The position numbers and the translations under genes were made by a program. Of a DNA stretch of 64,000 bases, positions 38,576 to 47,800 are shown piece after piece (position 1 is the first letter of the stretch; each line of letters opens with the position of its first letter). The notes beneath the pieces are model-generated. The model was given only the letters and a program-made list of their open reading frames with translations, searched no databases and had not been told where the DNA came from. This DNA comes from a virus (taxonomy: Duplodnaviria > Caudoviricetes): positions 1-64,000 of the IMG/VR virus record IMGVR_UViG_3300028591_000180. One strand, written 5' to 3'.

Positions 38576-39476
38576 ACAATTAATAGAAGAATTAAATGTA
38601 TACATCGATGATGATACTGGTGATGAATACGTTTTTGATGGATCTACCTTAGTTAAAATAAAAGTTGGAAATAAACAAATAGGTGATAAAGGAAGCGAAG
38701 AGATAAGGGCTAAGGAAGAAGCTGAAAGAAATGAAGAAGCTAAGAAAGGCGGAGTCATTGAAGATGCTGAAGAAACTGAGGCCCGAATTAAAAGATTACA
38801 AGCTGCTCTTGATGACCCTGAAGTCGCTAAAGAAATTACTCGAGAATCAGATGACCATATAGCTCAACAGAAAGCAAAAAAGGAATTAAAGGAACAAGAG
38901 AAGAAGTTAAGAGAATTTCGTAATGATCCAATTATTCAATTTGAGGGTTCTTTAAACCATTTTATCCGTAAAGAATTAAAAATGGTAGAAGAACAAACCT
39001 ATAGTCGATTGAATAAAAAGTATGATGGCACTGGATTAATCCGTAAGGGTATTAAACGATATGAGAGTGAAGAAGTACCTGTTATCAATGTTTACTTCGA
39101 TAGATCTGGATCTTGGGGTGAAGATAAAACAAAAATTGGTAGACAGGCTTTAGCTACTTTAGATAAATACGTCAGGATGAAAAAAATTAAAGTTAATATC
39201 AAATACTTTAATGATAAAGTATTTACTGAATTTATTCCAGATGGCCGGGGTGGAACTTACGGGTCTCCAATCTTAGCTGATGTGTTGGCTGAAAAACCAG
39301 ATAATGTTATTGTAATGACTGACTCTGATATTTCTGACTGTAAAGAATACGTTCAGGTACCTGGTGTTGTTTGGTATTTATTTAAAGGTGGAAGATCTAG
39401 TAATATTGAAAGTCATCTAACCGGAAAAATAGCTACTGAAGCTTTTGAGCTAAATGTCTCAAAGAATGAAGAATAG
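38568..39476 (+). CDS. VWA (MIDAS) domain protein
   Basis: YFDRSGSW (DxSxS), GGT, VIVMTDSD. Confidence 0.82.
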   Translation: MAKQLIEELNVYIDDDTGDEYVFDGSTLVKIKVGNKQIGDKGSEEIRAKEEAERNEEAKKGGVIEDAEETEARIKRLQAALDDPEVAKEITRESDDHIAQQKAKKELKEQEKKLREFRNDPIIQFEGSLNHFIRKELKMVEEQTYSRLNKKYDGTGLIRKGIKRYESEEVPVINVYFDRSGSWGEDKTKIGRQALATLDKYVRMKKIKVNIKYFNDKVFTEFIPDGRGGTYGSPILADVLAEKPDNVIVMTDSDISDCKEYVQVPGVVWYLFKGGRSSNIESHLTGKIATEAFELNVSKNEE

Positions 39477-39487
39477 AGGTACTAAAA

Positions 39488-40036
39488 ATGGAAGTAGATA
39501 AAGAGTTTATTAAAAATGAAGTATTATCAATTCCGGGATTAAGACAGGCCATGAGGGAAAATAACTATGACGAAGTTTTTAGACTTTGTAAGTCTACAAA
39601 GAAAATAAACCAGCTAGCTGCTGCCCTTTATATTTCTAAAGTTGATTTTTTAAGGCACATGACTCATATTCCTGAGAGTATGTTCAGGGGAGTTGATTTA
39701 ATCACAGAGATTACCATCCCTGGAAATATTAAGACTATCGGTGATTTGGCTTTCTTGCAAACAGGCCTTGAGAAATTAACTCTTGAAGAGGGTGTAGAGG
39801 AAATTGGCGATGGTGCTTTTGCTCAAACTAAAATTAAAGAAGTTTATTTACCGAGATCAGTTAAGAAAATTGGTAGAGCGGCTTTAGGCAGAGCTGAAGT
39901 TTACTGTTATTTTTCAAAAGAAGATCTAGTCGGAGATAATCCTACAGTAAATCCTGAAGGAAACACCTTTACTTATGGTAATGTAATTAACCAGGAGACT
40001 GGTGAAGTTTTAAAAGATAAAGGGGCAACATATTAA
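39488..40036 (+). CDS. BspA-type leucine-rich repeat protein
   Basis: ITIPGNIKTIGDLAF / LTLEEGVEEIGDGAF / VYLPRSVKKIG repeats. Confidence 0.85.
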   Translation: MEVDKEFIKNEVLSIPGLRQAMRENNYDEVFRLCKSTKKINQLAAALYISKVDFLRHMTHIPESMFRGVDLITEITIPGNIKTIGDLAFLQTGLEKLTLEEGVEEIGDGAFAQTKIKEVYLPRSVKKIGRAALGRAEVYCYFSKEDLVGDNPTVNPEGNTFTYGNVINQETGEVLKDKGATY

Positions 40037-40048
40037 AGAGGTAAAACA

Positions 40049-41968
40049 ATGAATAAAAATGTTTTTAAAATGTTCTTAAATGAGGACTTGGCTGATAAAG
40101 AATTAGATGAAGCTTTACCTAAGGATTTAGCTAAAGCCTATGATAATTCTAGTGTAGGACCTGATAAAAGAAAATATATTGGAAAGAATGGCCAAAAAAT
40201 AGACTGGCAGAATGTTAATTATGAGCCGCTTACTGTTGACCAGGGTAAAGAGCTTTGGAAAACTGATCCTTCTAAGTTGATTTTAATTATTCAGGACCGT
40301 AGCGGTAATGATAGAGTAGTTAAGTTTAGAGAAGATGGCAAGGTAGATATTGATCCTGCTTATGGTAATTACAGATTTGATTTACCATTATCCAATGCTT
40401 ATGTAAAAAGAGATGGAACTAAGGTTGTTGATGTTTTCAAGGCAAAGATTAATCACCTATTAAGTATCGCCAAGAAGATTTATAAAGGTGATGAAAATGT
40501 TTATAGAGATCAAGCATCTTTAGATGCTAGGGCTGCAAATCCAGAATCTCCACATTATGCTGGATTAGATAAATCTGAGATTATTTCTAAATTCCAGGCT
40601 GTTAATTCTAATGATTTACTACGTAAATTAAAAGCTAGAGGAGGCCAGTGGGCTGAAAATATAGCTAGATCAGTAATCCCAACCAGTGCTACTGGGTATG
40701 ATATAATTAAATGGGATCCAGTTAATCATGTCGCTATAGTGTCCGGTTCTTATGGTGGAGCAGGTAATGCTGATTACTGGCTAGAAAAATTCTTGGAATA
40801 TTATAAACGTTGGAGCTCAAGTGATGGTGATACTTGGCGTGCCTGGTGTGCCTATTTATTAGCTAAACAAGATGGTGATACAACTTATCGTAATCCAACC
40901 GAAGCAGAAATTAGAAGATGGTATAATATTTCCACTAACCCTGAGAAAGATTTAAATGCTAGAATTAGGTATCTTGATGTTGAAAAAGTTTTATCAGAAC
41001 CTAAAGAAAGAGTAAAGCAATCTATTGAAGATGCTAAAAGGTTAGAGAGAAATTTAGAAAATGCTCAAAGTAAAAAATCTAATTTTACTTCACCTGAAGC
41101 TAGACAAAGCCGCGAATCTGATATTACTTATTATATTAATAGATATAAAGATAGGCTAATGACCATCCTTGCTGAGCTTGAAAAATATGAAGGTAAAATG
41201 GATGAACTAGATGCATCTGATGCTAGAAGAATTAGTGAATATGATAAGGAGATCTCAGATATCTCTCAGAAGCTTTCTGATGCTAAGGCAGAATATGGAA
41301 AACTCATGAGTGGTGGTGCATACAAGAATTCACCATTCGGAAAACCAGTACCTGAAAGTTTAACTGAAGAAAAATCACTTGATGAATTAGTAGATCAGAT
41401 TATTGGACATCGTGATAATCAATTAGAAAATTTAAATGAAGATCTTGATGGAGACAGAGTTTCTGCTTTGGCTGAATTTTTAGATATTAATCCAGATGAT
41501 ATTTCTGAGGTTTCTGAGAATGATTTTAATACTCCCGAGGGTGAATATTTAGTTTTAACTGAAGAAGAAGCCCATGACAGAGCTGTTGATGAAATTAAAA
41601 TGTTATTTGATGATATGGGTTTAAATGCTTTCACCCCTGAATTCCAGGAGAGAATTACTAATGAGTTCTTATCAGAAGATGAGATCGATAATTTTATCGA
41701 AGGCGAAATTGAATATTATTCAACAGAAGAAGATGACCAGGAAGCTTTAGAAAGATTACGTAATTTATCAACAAAGGCTGATAAAATTAATTATATTAAA
41801 GAAGTATTTGGTGATTTAGCTGATTTTGTCAGAGATCCTGATTATATTGATATTGATGCCGTAGCAGATGAAGCTATTAACCAGGATGGTGTTGCTCATT
41901 TCATCGCTTATTACGATGGTGAAGAAAACGAGCTAGGAAATGGGTTCTTAGCTTATAGAGTTAATTAA
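40049..41968 (+). CDS. large acidic/coiled-coil protein, probable internal virion protein
   Basis: 639 aa; FLNED, LDEA, ESLTEE and ENLNED motifs. Confidence 0.7.
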   Translation: MNKNVFKMFLNEDLADKELDEALPKDLAKAYDNSSVGPDKRKYIGKNGQKIDWQNVNYEPLTVDQGKELWKTDPSKLILIIQDRSGNDRVVKFREDGKVDIDPAYGNYRFDLPLSNAYVKRDGTKVVDVFKAKINHLLSIAKKIYKGDENVYRDQASLDARAANPESPHYAGLDKSEIISKFQAVNSNDLLRKLKARGGQWAENIARSVIPTSATGYDIIKWDPVNHVAIVSGSYGGAGNADYWLEKFLEYYKRWSSSDGDTWRAWCAYLLAKQDGDTTYRNPTEAEIRRWYNISTNPEKDLNARIRYLDVEKVLSEPKERVKQSIEDAKRLERNLENAQSKKSNFTSPEARQSRESDITYYINRYKDRLMTILAELEKYEGKMDELDASDARRISEYDKEISDISQKLSDAKAEYGKLMSGGAYKNSPFGKPVPESLTEEKSLDELVDQIIGHRDNQLENLNEDLDGDRVSALAEFLDINPDDISEVSENDFNTPEGEYLVLTEEEAHDRAVDEIKMLFDDMGLNAFTPEFQERITNEFLSEDEIDNFIEGEIEYYSTEEDDQEALERLRNLSTKADKINYIKEVFGDLADFVRDPDYIDIDAVADEAINQDGVAHFIAYYDGEENELGNGFLAYRVN

Positions 41969-41979
41969 GGAGAATAATT

Positions 41980-42315
41980 ATGACTATTAATGGAATCGAT
42001 GTTACACCTATTATTAAAGCAGTAATTGAAGTGTTAGCCAGTGTTTTAGTAACTTTGATTGCTACTAAGATTATCCCATGGCTTAATTCAAAATTTGAAA
42101 AAGATCAACTTGAATTTATTAAGTCAGTTGTTAAGGTTGCTGTTAGTGCAGCTGAGCAATTATATGACAAGGCCCAGGGTGCTGAAAAACTAGAATATGC
42201 CATTAATTTTGTTGTCACTGCTTTAGAAGAAAAGGACATTATTATTGATAAAGAGCTTTTGAGGACTTATATTGAGGCTGCAGTATTAGAGTTACATAAA
42301 GCCTTAGAGGTTTAA
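41980..42315 (+). CDS. phage holin, LL-H-like family
   Basis: N-terminal TM helix, then VKVAVSAAEQL..GAEKLEYA...IEAAVLEL. Confidence 0.8.
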   Translation: MTINGIDVTPIIKAVIEVLASVLVTLIATKIIPWLNSKFEKDQLEFIKSVVKVAVSAAEQLYDKAQGAEKLEYAINFVVTALEEKDIIIDKELLRTYIEAAVLELHKALEV

Positions 42316-42316
42316 T

Positions 42317-43066
42317 ATGGAGTTGAATGAATTTAAATTAAATCAGGATCCTGAGTATTTAGCTGACTTCGAGATGGAACTAGAAGACCTCAAAGACATT
42401 ATTGATACTTGGGGACCTGATAGCTTATATGCAGTACCTTATAGCAGATTTAAAAGAGATTATCCTTTATTTGCTAAAGCCATTGTTGAATCATTCTTAG
42501 TTGATATGGGAATTTTAACTCAGAATGAAATTTCTGATATTGATAACTTAGGTGATGAAGATGGTAATTATTGGAAGACCGGAAGATTAATTAGACCAGA
42601 AGAAGATTGGCCGACTTTAATTGATGGTGCTGAGAGGTTATTGACTTTCCGTAAGGATAAAGGAATTCAATGGGAAAAGATATACCCTAAACATGTCGGT
42701 GTTGATAAACCAAGTGGTGATAATTCTATAAACGAGGATATGGAAACTCTTGATGATGAAGTTTATCCTATTATTAAAGAATATTTTGACTGGTTTTTAG
42801 ATCCAACTGAAAATGAGTGGCTGGCTGATCAAGCTGCTGAAAAAGGCGTAGATTTCTTTGATGAGGCTAGATCCTATTTATTCGAAGAAGACCCTGAAGA
42901 GGTATGGAGAGATCCTGAGGTTGGTATTATTGATACTGGCTTATTAGAAAATGAAGAACTAGCTGATATTTGAAATAGTATCCCAGATGAAGATCTTGAT
43001 GAGTTCTATAATAAGTTAATTACTATGTCAAAGGATTATGCTAAACAAGTCTTAGACTCAAAATAA
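42317..43066 (+). CDS. acidic hypothetical protein (249 aa under TGA=Trp)
   Basis: TGA 42971 read through to TAA 43064-43066, just before a terminator. Confidence 0.7.
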
Positions 43067-43093
43067 ATTTTATAAAATTTATAATAAATAATT

Positions 43094-43153
43094 GGACTGT
43101 AGTTTACAGTCCTTTTATTTTTGACCTATAATAATAATGTAAATAAAGGAAGG
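43094..43153 (+). promoter_or_regulatory. terminator + early promoter cassette
   Basis: GGACTGT-AGTTT-ACAGTCC hairpin; TTTACA(43103)-N18-TATAAT(43127)-AATAATGTAAATAAAGGAAGG. Confidence 0.8.
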
Positions 43154-43161
43154 TACTGAAG

Positions 43162-43323
43162 ATGTTTGAATTAAGACACACTGATGAAAAGAGAAGCTAT
43201 GATGATCTAGTTCTTTCAACTAAAACGATGCCGTGGTTACATTATCGTGATTTAGTTAAGGCAGCTGAGTCTTTATCAAAAGACAATAAAGGTATTTTCT
43301 ATATTAAAAGAATTAAAGAATAG
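43162..43323 (+). CDS. hypothetical protein (53 aa)
   Basis: MFELRHTDEK...; follows promoter and RBS; not in the ORF track. Confidence 0.65.
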   Translation: MFELRHTDEKRSYDDLVLSTKTMPWLHYRDLVKAAESLSKDNKGIFYIKRIKE

Positions 43324-43359
43324 TTTACTAAACTATGTATAATTTATTATAATAATAAT

Positions 43360-43480
43360 GTAAAAGGAGCCCTCCGGTAATCTTAGGATTGACGGTGAAA
43401 GACGGAATATCTTCGGATATTGTTGAAAGTAAGGATGCGTCCAGAAATCATTAACGCGAAAGGCAACAAAATATATTAAA
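43360..43480 (+). ncRNA. candidate structured small RNA with its own promoter and terminator
   Basis: Promoter TTTACT(43324)-N18-TATAAT(43348); GC-richer segment with no ORF, hairpins CCGGTAATC-TTAG-GATTGACGG and AATATC-TTCG-GATATT; terminator at 43484-43515. Confidence 0.55.
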
Positions 43481-43483
43481 TTA

Positions 43484-43544
43484 AAAGAAAGTTAGTTTCG
43501 AAACTTTCTTTTTTATTATATAATAATAATGTAAATAAAGGAGG
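43484..43544 (+). promoter_or_regulatory. terminator + early promoter cassette
   Basis: AAAGAAAG/CTTTCTTT hairpin with TAGTTTCGA in the loop; TATAAT(43519)-AATAATGTAAATAAAGGAGG. Confidence 0.75.
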
Positions 43545-43552
43545 TAACTCAG

Positions 43553-43762
43553 ATGTACAAGACCACCTGGACAGTAAAAGACTTAACCACAAATATCACT
43601 AATGAAGTGGTATTATATCATCTGGGTAAAGAACCAAAATTCCCAGTTCAGTACTTAAAAGAAAATAGAGTCTATGAGGTTGAAATGATCTGGAATTTTA
43701 AGATTAACTTTACACTAAATTCACTCATTAAGTGCTTAATCCCTCAGTGTGAAATAAGATAA
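43553..43762 (+). CDS. hypothetical protein
   Basis: 69 aa after GGAGG. Confidence 0.7.
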   Translation: MYKTTWTVKDLTTNITNEVVLYHLGKEPKFPVQYLKENRVYEVEMIWNFKINFTLNSLIKCLIPQCEIR

Positions 43763-43763
43763 T

Positions 43764-43895
43764 ATGAAAAAATCAAAGGTTCGAGATCTGTGGATACCAC
43801 AATCCTGGCGTTATAATGGCAGCGGGTTTCATAAGAATAAAAAGAAAATAATTTTTAGAAAAAGAAAATACAAGGAGAAAGAAAATGAAAATTAG
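43764..43895 (+). CDS. 43-aa highly basic peptide
   Basis: MKKSKVRDLWIPQSWRYNGSGFHKNKKKIIFRKRKYKEKENEN; not in the ORF track. Confidence 0.55.
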   Translation: MKKSKVRDLWIPQSWRYNGSGFHKNKKKIIFRKRKYKEKENEN

Positions 43896-43986
43896 TGAAA
43901 GAGTTTTAAAAAAGGCTATCTGGTGTGAAATCTTATCTGGGTTATTATTAATCTCTGTAGTTTCATTGGCCCTTACAATTTTCTAA
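43885..43986 (+). CDS. 33-aa membrane peptide
   Basis: MKISERVLKKAIWCEILSGLLLISVVSLALTIF; starts at a GGAGAAAGAAAATG junction. Confidence 0.55.
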   Translation: MKISERVLKKAIWCEILSGLLLISVVSLALTIF

Positions 43987-44020
43987 GAAAACTAATTAGT
44001 TTTCTTTTTTAATGTTATTT

Positions 44021-44038
44021 ATTGCTAAATTAAATATA
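44021..44038 (+). promoter_or_regulatory. putative late promoter, copy 4
   Basis: ATTGCTAAATTAAATATA downstream of a terminator-like hairpin. Confidence 0.6.
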
Positions 44039-44070
44039 AAATTATAGAAAAAATTATTTGGGAGGCATAT

Positions 44071-44928
44071 ATGAAAAGATTGTCTGAAGAGATGGACGTC
44101 GATAAGGTATATTTTAACAAATTATCTGAGGAAGAAGTAGAAAAGTCTTCTGATGAGATAAAGAAGGAAGCTGAAAAAGATCTTAAAGATGGTGTGGAAG
44201 TTGCTGCAGAAGTTAACAACCCCAAGGGAGTTGAAACACCTAAAGAGGTAGAAGTTAAGGTTTTAAAGGAGCAGTTAATTCTTAGTGAAGAATTAGATGA
44301 AGATGAATATTTTGATTTAGTTTCTGAATTATTCCAGGCCATGCAAAAGGTTTGTAAGAATTGGGCTAAGTATTCCGCTGTAGATTATGAAGATTTCGAG
44401 AGAGCTATTTCTGAGGCCTCAGAACGTTTAATTGAAATTGAGCCTGAATTGTGGGAATCATTAAAAAATAATAGTGTAGAAGAAGCTTATTATTCAGACC
44501 GTCCAATTAAAGAAATTGCTAGTGAAGTTAGAGGTTCTCTAAAATCATTCATTGATAGTTTAGTTAAAAAGTATGGTGCTAAAGTAATGAGGTCAGGCAC
44601 AATTCAAGGTATCTTCAGAGATGAACCTTCAAAAATCTTATATAAATTACAGGATGTTAAAGTTGATGAATCATGTGACGATGAAACACCTTTAGAAGAA
44701 GATTTTAAGGTGATTAGTACTTTAAATAATTTTAAACCTTGGTCAGGTGCAGTCGATACCTGGAATACCATTAAGGATGCCGGAATGTTAGATTCTCTTG
44801 ATTCATTATTAGAAGAAATTTATCCTGAGGGATTAGATGAAACTGAGTTAAATGATTTACTGTGGTTCGAACCTGAATGGATTTTAGATTCTCTTGGCTT
44901 AGGAGATGGTACTGAGGATGAGGAATAA
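44071..44928 (+). CDS. acidic probable internal head protein
   Basis: 285 aa; RLSEE, ILSEE, ESLK and PLEE motifs. Confidence 0.7.
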   Translation: MKRLSEEMDVDKVYFNKLSEEEVEKSSDEIKKEAEKDLKDGVEVAAEVNNPKGVETPKEVEVKVLKEQLILSEELDEDEYFDLVSELFQAMQKVCKNWAKYSAVDYEDFERAISEASERLIEIEPELWESLKNNSVEEAYYSDRPIKEIASEVRGSLKSFIDSLVKKYGAKVMRSGTIQGIFRDEPSKILYKLQDVKVDESCDDETPLEEDFKVISTLNNFKPWSGAVDTWNTIKDAGMLDSLDSLLEEIYPEGLDETELNDLLWFEPEWILDSLGLGDGTEDEE

Positions 44929-45232
44929 ATTATTATTAGAAGAGGCTGAAGATTTCGAAGCAGAAGTTTCTACAGAGGAAGCTCAGCCTATTTCTGATGA
45001 AGTCATTGATGAATTTAATATTCAGGCTATGATTTCATCACTCATTAAGGATACATGGGGATTAGTAGATACCATTAATGGTATCCAGATGACTCTTGAA
45101 GATAAGAGTGAAGAAATTAATGCTACTTTAAAGGAAATTGTTTCAGACGAGTATATGCATATTGGGCAGTTAGAAAAAATTATCCAAGCGATTAAACCTG
45201 AAGCTATTAACTTGGAGGTAGAAGTTAAATAA
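44918..45232 (+). CDS. ferritin-like/helical hypothetical protein
   Basis: MRNKLLLEE...DEYMHIGQLE. Confidence 0.6.
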   Translation: MRNKLLLEEAEDFEAEVSTEEAQPISDEVIDEFNIQAMISSLIKDTWGLVDTINGIQMTLEDKSEEINATLKEIVSDEYMHIGQLEKIIQAIKPEAINLEVEVK

Positions 45233-45250
45233 TGATTAGGGGAAACGACT

Positions 45251-45733
45251 ATGGATTTCAAAGAAATTACTTTGGGCGACATTGCTGTATTATTAGGGTT
45301 GATTGCTGCTTTCTGGGCTTTTTTAAAAATGGTAAAAGAGATAAAGAAACCACGGGAAGATAAAGATAAGAAAATTGAAGCTGACTTAAAAGATCACAAA
45401 GATACATTAAATAAACATGAAAATATCTTAAATGACCACACAGTTAAATTAGAGAAAATTGATTCTTCATTGGATCTTATATCTAGTGATATTAAAGAAT
45501 CTTCTGAGTATACTAAAGAAAGCGATGACCTTATTAAAGCGGCATTGTGTTCAATGCAAAGACAATCTTTATTAAATGAATGTGAGAAATGCATTAAAAA
45601 TGGATTTGCTACTTTAGAACAAAAGGAAACCATAACTTCTCAGTATGATTCATATCATGCTTTGGGCGGCAATAGTTTTATAACTAAGTTATATGAACAG
45701 ATGATGGACCTCCCTCTTAGTAAAGGAGAATAG
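45251..45733 (+). CDS. putative holin-like membrane protein (YHALGGN family)
   Basis: N-terminal TM helix, coiled coil, C-terminal YDSYHALGGNSFITKLY typical of Firmicutes-phage lysis-region genes. Confidence 0.55.
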   Translation: MDFKEITLGDIAVLLGLIAAFWAFLKMVKEIKKPREDKDKKIEADLKDHKDTLNKHENILNDHTVKLEKIDSSLDLISSDIKESSEYTKESDDLIKAALCSMQRQSLLNECEKCIKNGFATLEQKETITSQYDSYHALGGNSFITKLYEQMMDLPLSKGE

Positions 45734-46081
45734 ATGGCTAATTATATAGTTTGAAAGAATCATGTGGTCTCTATGGTCAGAGGAGATTATTTTAATATGA
45801 AAGTTGATCTTCCCGAAGACTTAATTAAAACCGGAAGTAAGCTTTATTTTGCTTTGATGTACCCCAATAAATCTTTTGAAGACGCAATCTTAATTAGAAG
45901 TTATGATATCGACCTATCCAATACAGAAGATTCTGATGTCTTAGTACCCGAAATTATTTTACTGCCTGATGATACTGTTGATTTAGCTCCTGGAACTTAT
46001 TATTATACGGTTAAGATAGAATTACCGGATGAGAAAGTTTATACAATTATCCCAAATACAATATTTAATATAATTAATTAA
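45734..46081 (+). CDS. BppU-N-like baseplate/adaptor domain protein (115 aa under TGA=Trp)
   Basis: ATG 45734 with TGA at 45752 restores an N-terminus comparable to the next paralog (MVRGD / MTRGD). Confidence 0.7.
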
Positions 46082-46095
46082 AGGAGGTTTTCTGT

Positions 46096-46575
46096 ATGGT
46101 AACAATAAAGAATAATAAAATTGTGATGACCAGAGGAGATTCTCTTAATGCAAAAATTGGCATAGTTAGAAATAAATTTACTAAAAGCAAATCGATTGAT
46201 ACTAACCCAACTCCTGATGGTAGAGAATTTTTAACACCTGAAGACCTAGAGGGCTGCAGACTAAGATTTGCTATGAGTGAATTTTATCCAGGTGATTTAA
46301 ATTATAAATTACTTTTAGCTAAGGAATTACCCACTCAAACTATGGCTTTAATATTAAACCCAGAAGATACAAAAACAATTCCACTGGGAATTTATAACTA
46401 TGATGTTAAATTAATTTCTCCGCCTGAATCTCCAGCTGATAGAGAAAAGGTTGATACTTTTATTTCAGGTACAATCCAGCTCTTAGGTGATTGTGAAGGA
46501 GAAGAAAGTTTATTGGATAGCAATTCATTTTCTTTTGATTATGATTATGATTATGATGATTATGACGGTGACTAG
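46096..46575 (+). CDS. BppU-N-like baseplate/adaptor domain protein
   Basis: IVMTRGDS...LNPEDTKTIPLGIYNYDV. Confidence 0.7.
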   Translation: MVTIKNNKIVMTRGDSLNAKIGIVRNKFTKSKSIDTNPTPDGREFLTPEDLEGCRLRFAMSEFYPGDLNYKLLLAKELPTQTMALILNPEDTKTIPLGIYNYDVKLISPPESPADREKVDTFISGTIQLLGDCEGEESLLDSNSFSFDYDYDYDDYDGD

Positions 46576-46587
46576 TGAGGTGAGATT

Positions 46588-47466
46588 ATGGGAATCTCAA
46601 ATAGAATTAATAAGGCTGAATTATCTGGCTTTTTAATTAATGAAAACTTAACTGCCTCAGGAGAACTAGTCAGCGATAACTTAGGTACTGGTGGATTAAT
46701 AACTATAGGTGAAAAAGGAATTGATGGCTATTCACCTATTGTAACAATAGAAGAAGTTGAGACAAGCGAAGGCCTTATCGGACATTCTATTAATATAACT
46801 GATATTGAAAACCCTTTAGTTGGAAAAACATTTTTTGTTTGAAACGGGGTTGGAATATCTGGAGTTACTTTAAACCCAGATTATACATTAACTATTTCCT
46901 TTAATGACGGAACTAGTTATACTACTATTCCTATTCGTGGTGAAACTGGTAATGGTATTGACCAAATCGTAAAAACTTCAACCTCCGGTTTAGTCGATAC
47001 CTATACCATTTATTTTACGGATGGAACTACAACTACTTATCAGGTAACTAACGGTCTAGGTACTCTAGATTATAATGAGTTAGAAAATAAACCATCCATT
47101 AATGGAGTTACTCTTACTGGAAACAAATCAGCTACTGATTTAGGTATTCAAGATAGATTAACTTCAGAAAATGCAGGTGAAGGGATTGATATTACCACAG
47201 ATCAATCCGGTAAAGTAATTATTTCAAATACTAATGTTTCTGCTGAATGAGGAAATATTCAAGGAAACATTACAGATCAAGAAGATTTAATAGATTATAT
47301 AAATCAGCACTCAGGAAGTTATACTGCTGGCAATGGAATTCAAATTGTAAATAAAGTTATTTCTATTAAGGATTTAATTCTTGATTGTGGTACTAGTACT
47401 GGCTGGCCAGGATCTAATGTAGCGATTGTTGGTTCAGCTATAGTTGGAATTAATGTTACAGGGTAA
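46588..47466 (+). CDS. tail fibre-type protein (292 aa under TGA=Trp)
   Basis: TGA at 46840 and 47248; fibre motifs DYNELENKPSINGVTLTGNK and E-W-GNIQGNITDQEDL. Confidence 0.82.
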
Positions 47467-47470
47467 AAAT

Positions 47471-47782
47471 ATGGATACTGTCAATGTTAGAATAAAATTA
47501 AAAAGAGATACTACTGAAAATTGGGCAAAAGTCCAATCTACTTTTATCCCCCTTGAAGGTGAGATGATCATCTACACTGACTTTCGTCATGAAGAATATA
47601 TTGACGGAAATGGTGAATTAAAAACCAGAAATATTCCAGCTTTTAAAGTAGGAACAGGGAATGCTTATTTAGGCGATTTAGCTTTTTCAGTAGTTACTCC
47701 AGAAGAAATTGCTTTTTGGAATAACAAATTAAATCTCATTGATGATATTGAAGATGAGAAATTAATATTCACTAGAAATTAA
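47471..47782 (+). CDS. Mtd-N/hyaluronidase-N-like tail fibre domain protein
   Basis: RIKLKRDTTENW...PLEGE...FKVGTG. Confidence 0.75.
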   Translation: MDTVNVRIKLKRDTTENWAKVQSTFIPLEGEMIIYTDFRHEEYIDGNGELKTRNIPAFKVGTGNAYLGDLAFSVVTPEEIAFWNNKLNLIDDIEDEKLIFTRN

Positions 47783-47800
47783 AGGAGAGAATGATAAAAT

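Noticed and set aside
43770-43800. tRNA (GGTTCGA T-loop-like word at 43778)
   Set aside because: No cloverleaf or acceptor stem, and it lies within a small ORF; I found no tRNA, including a UCA suppressor, in the window
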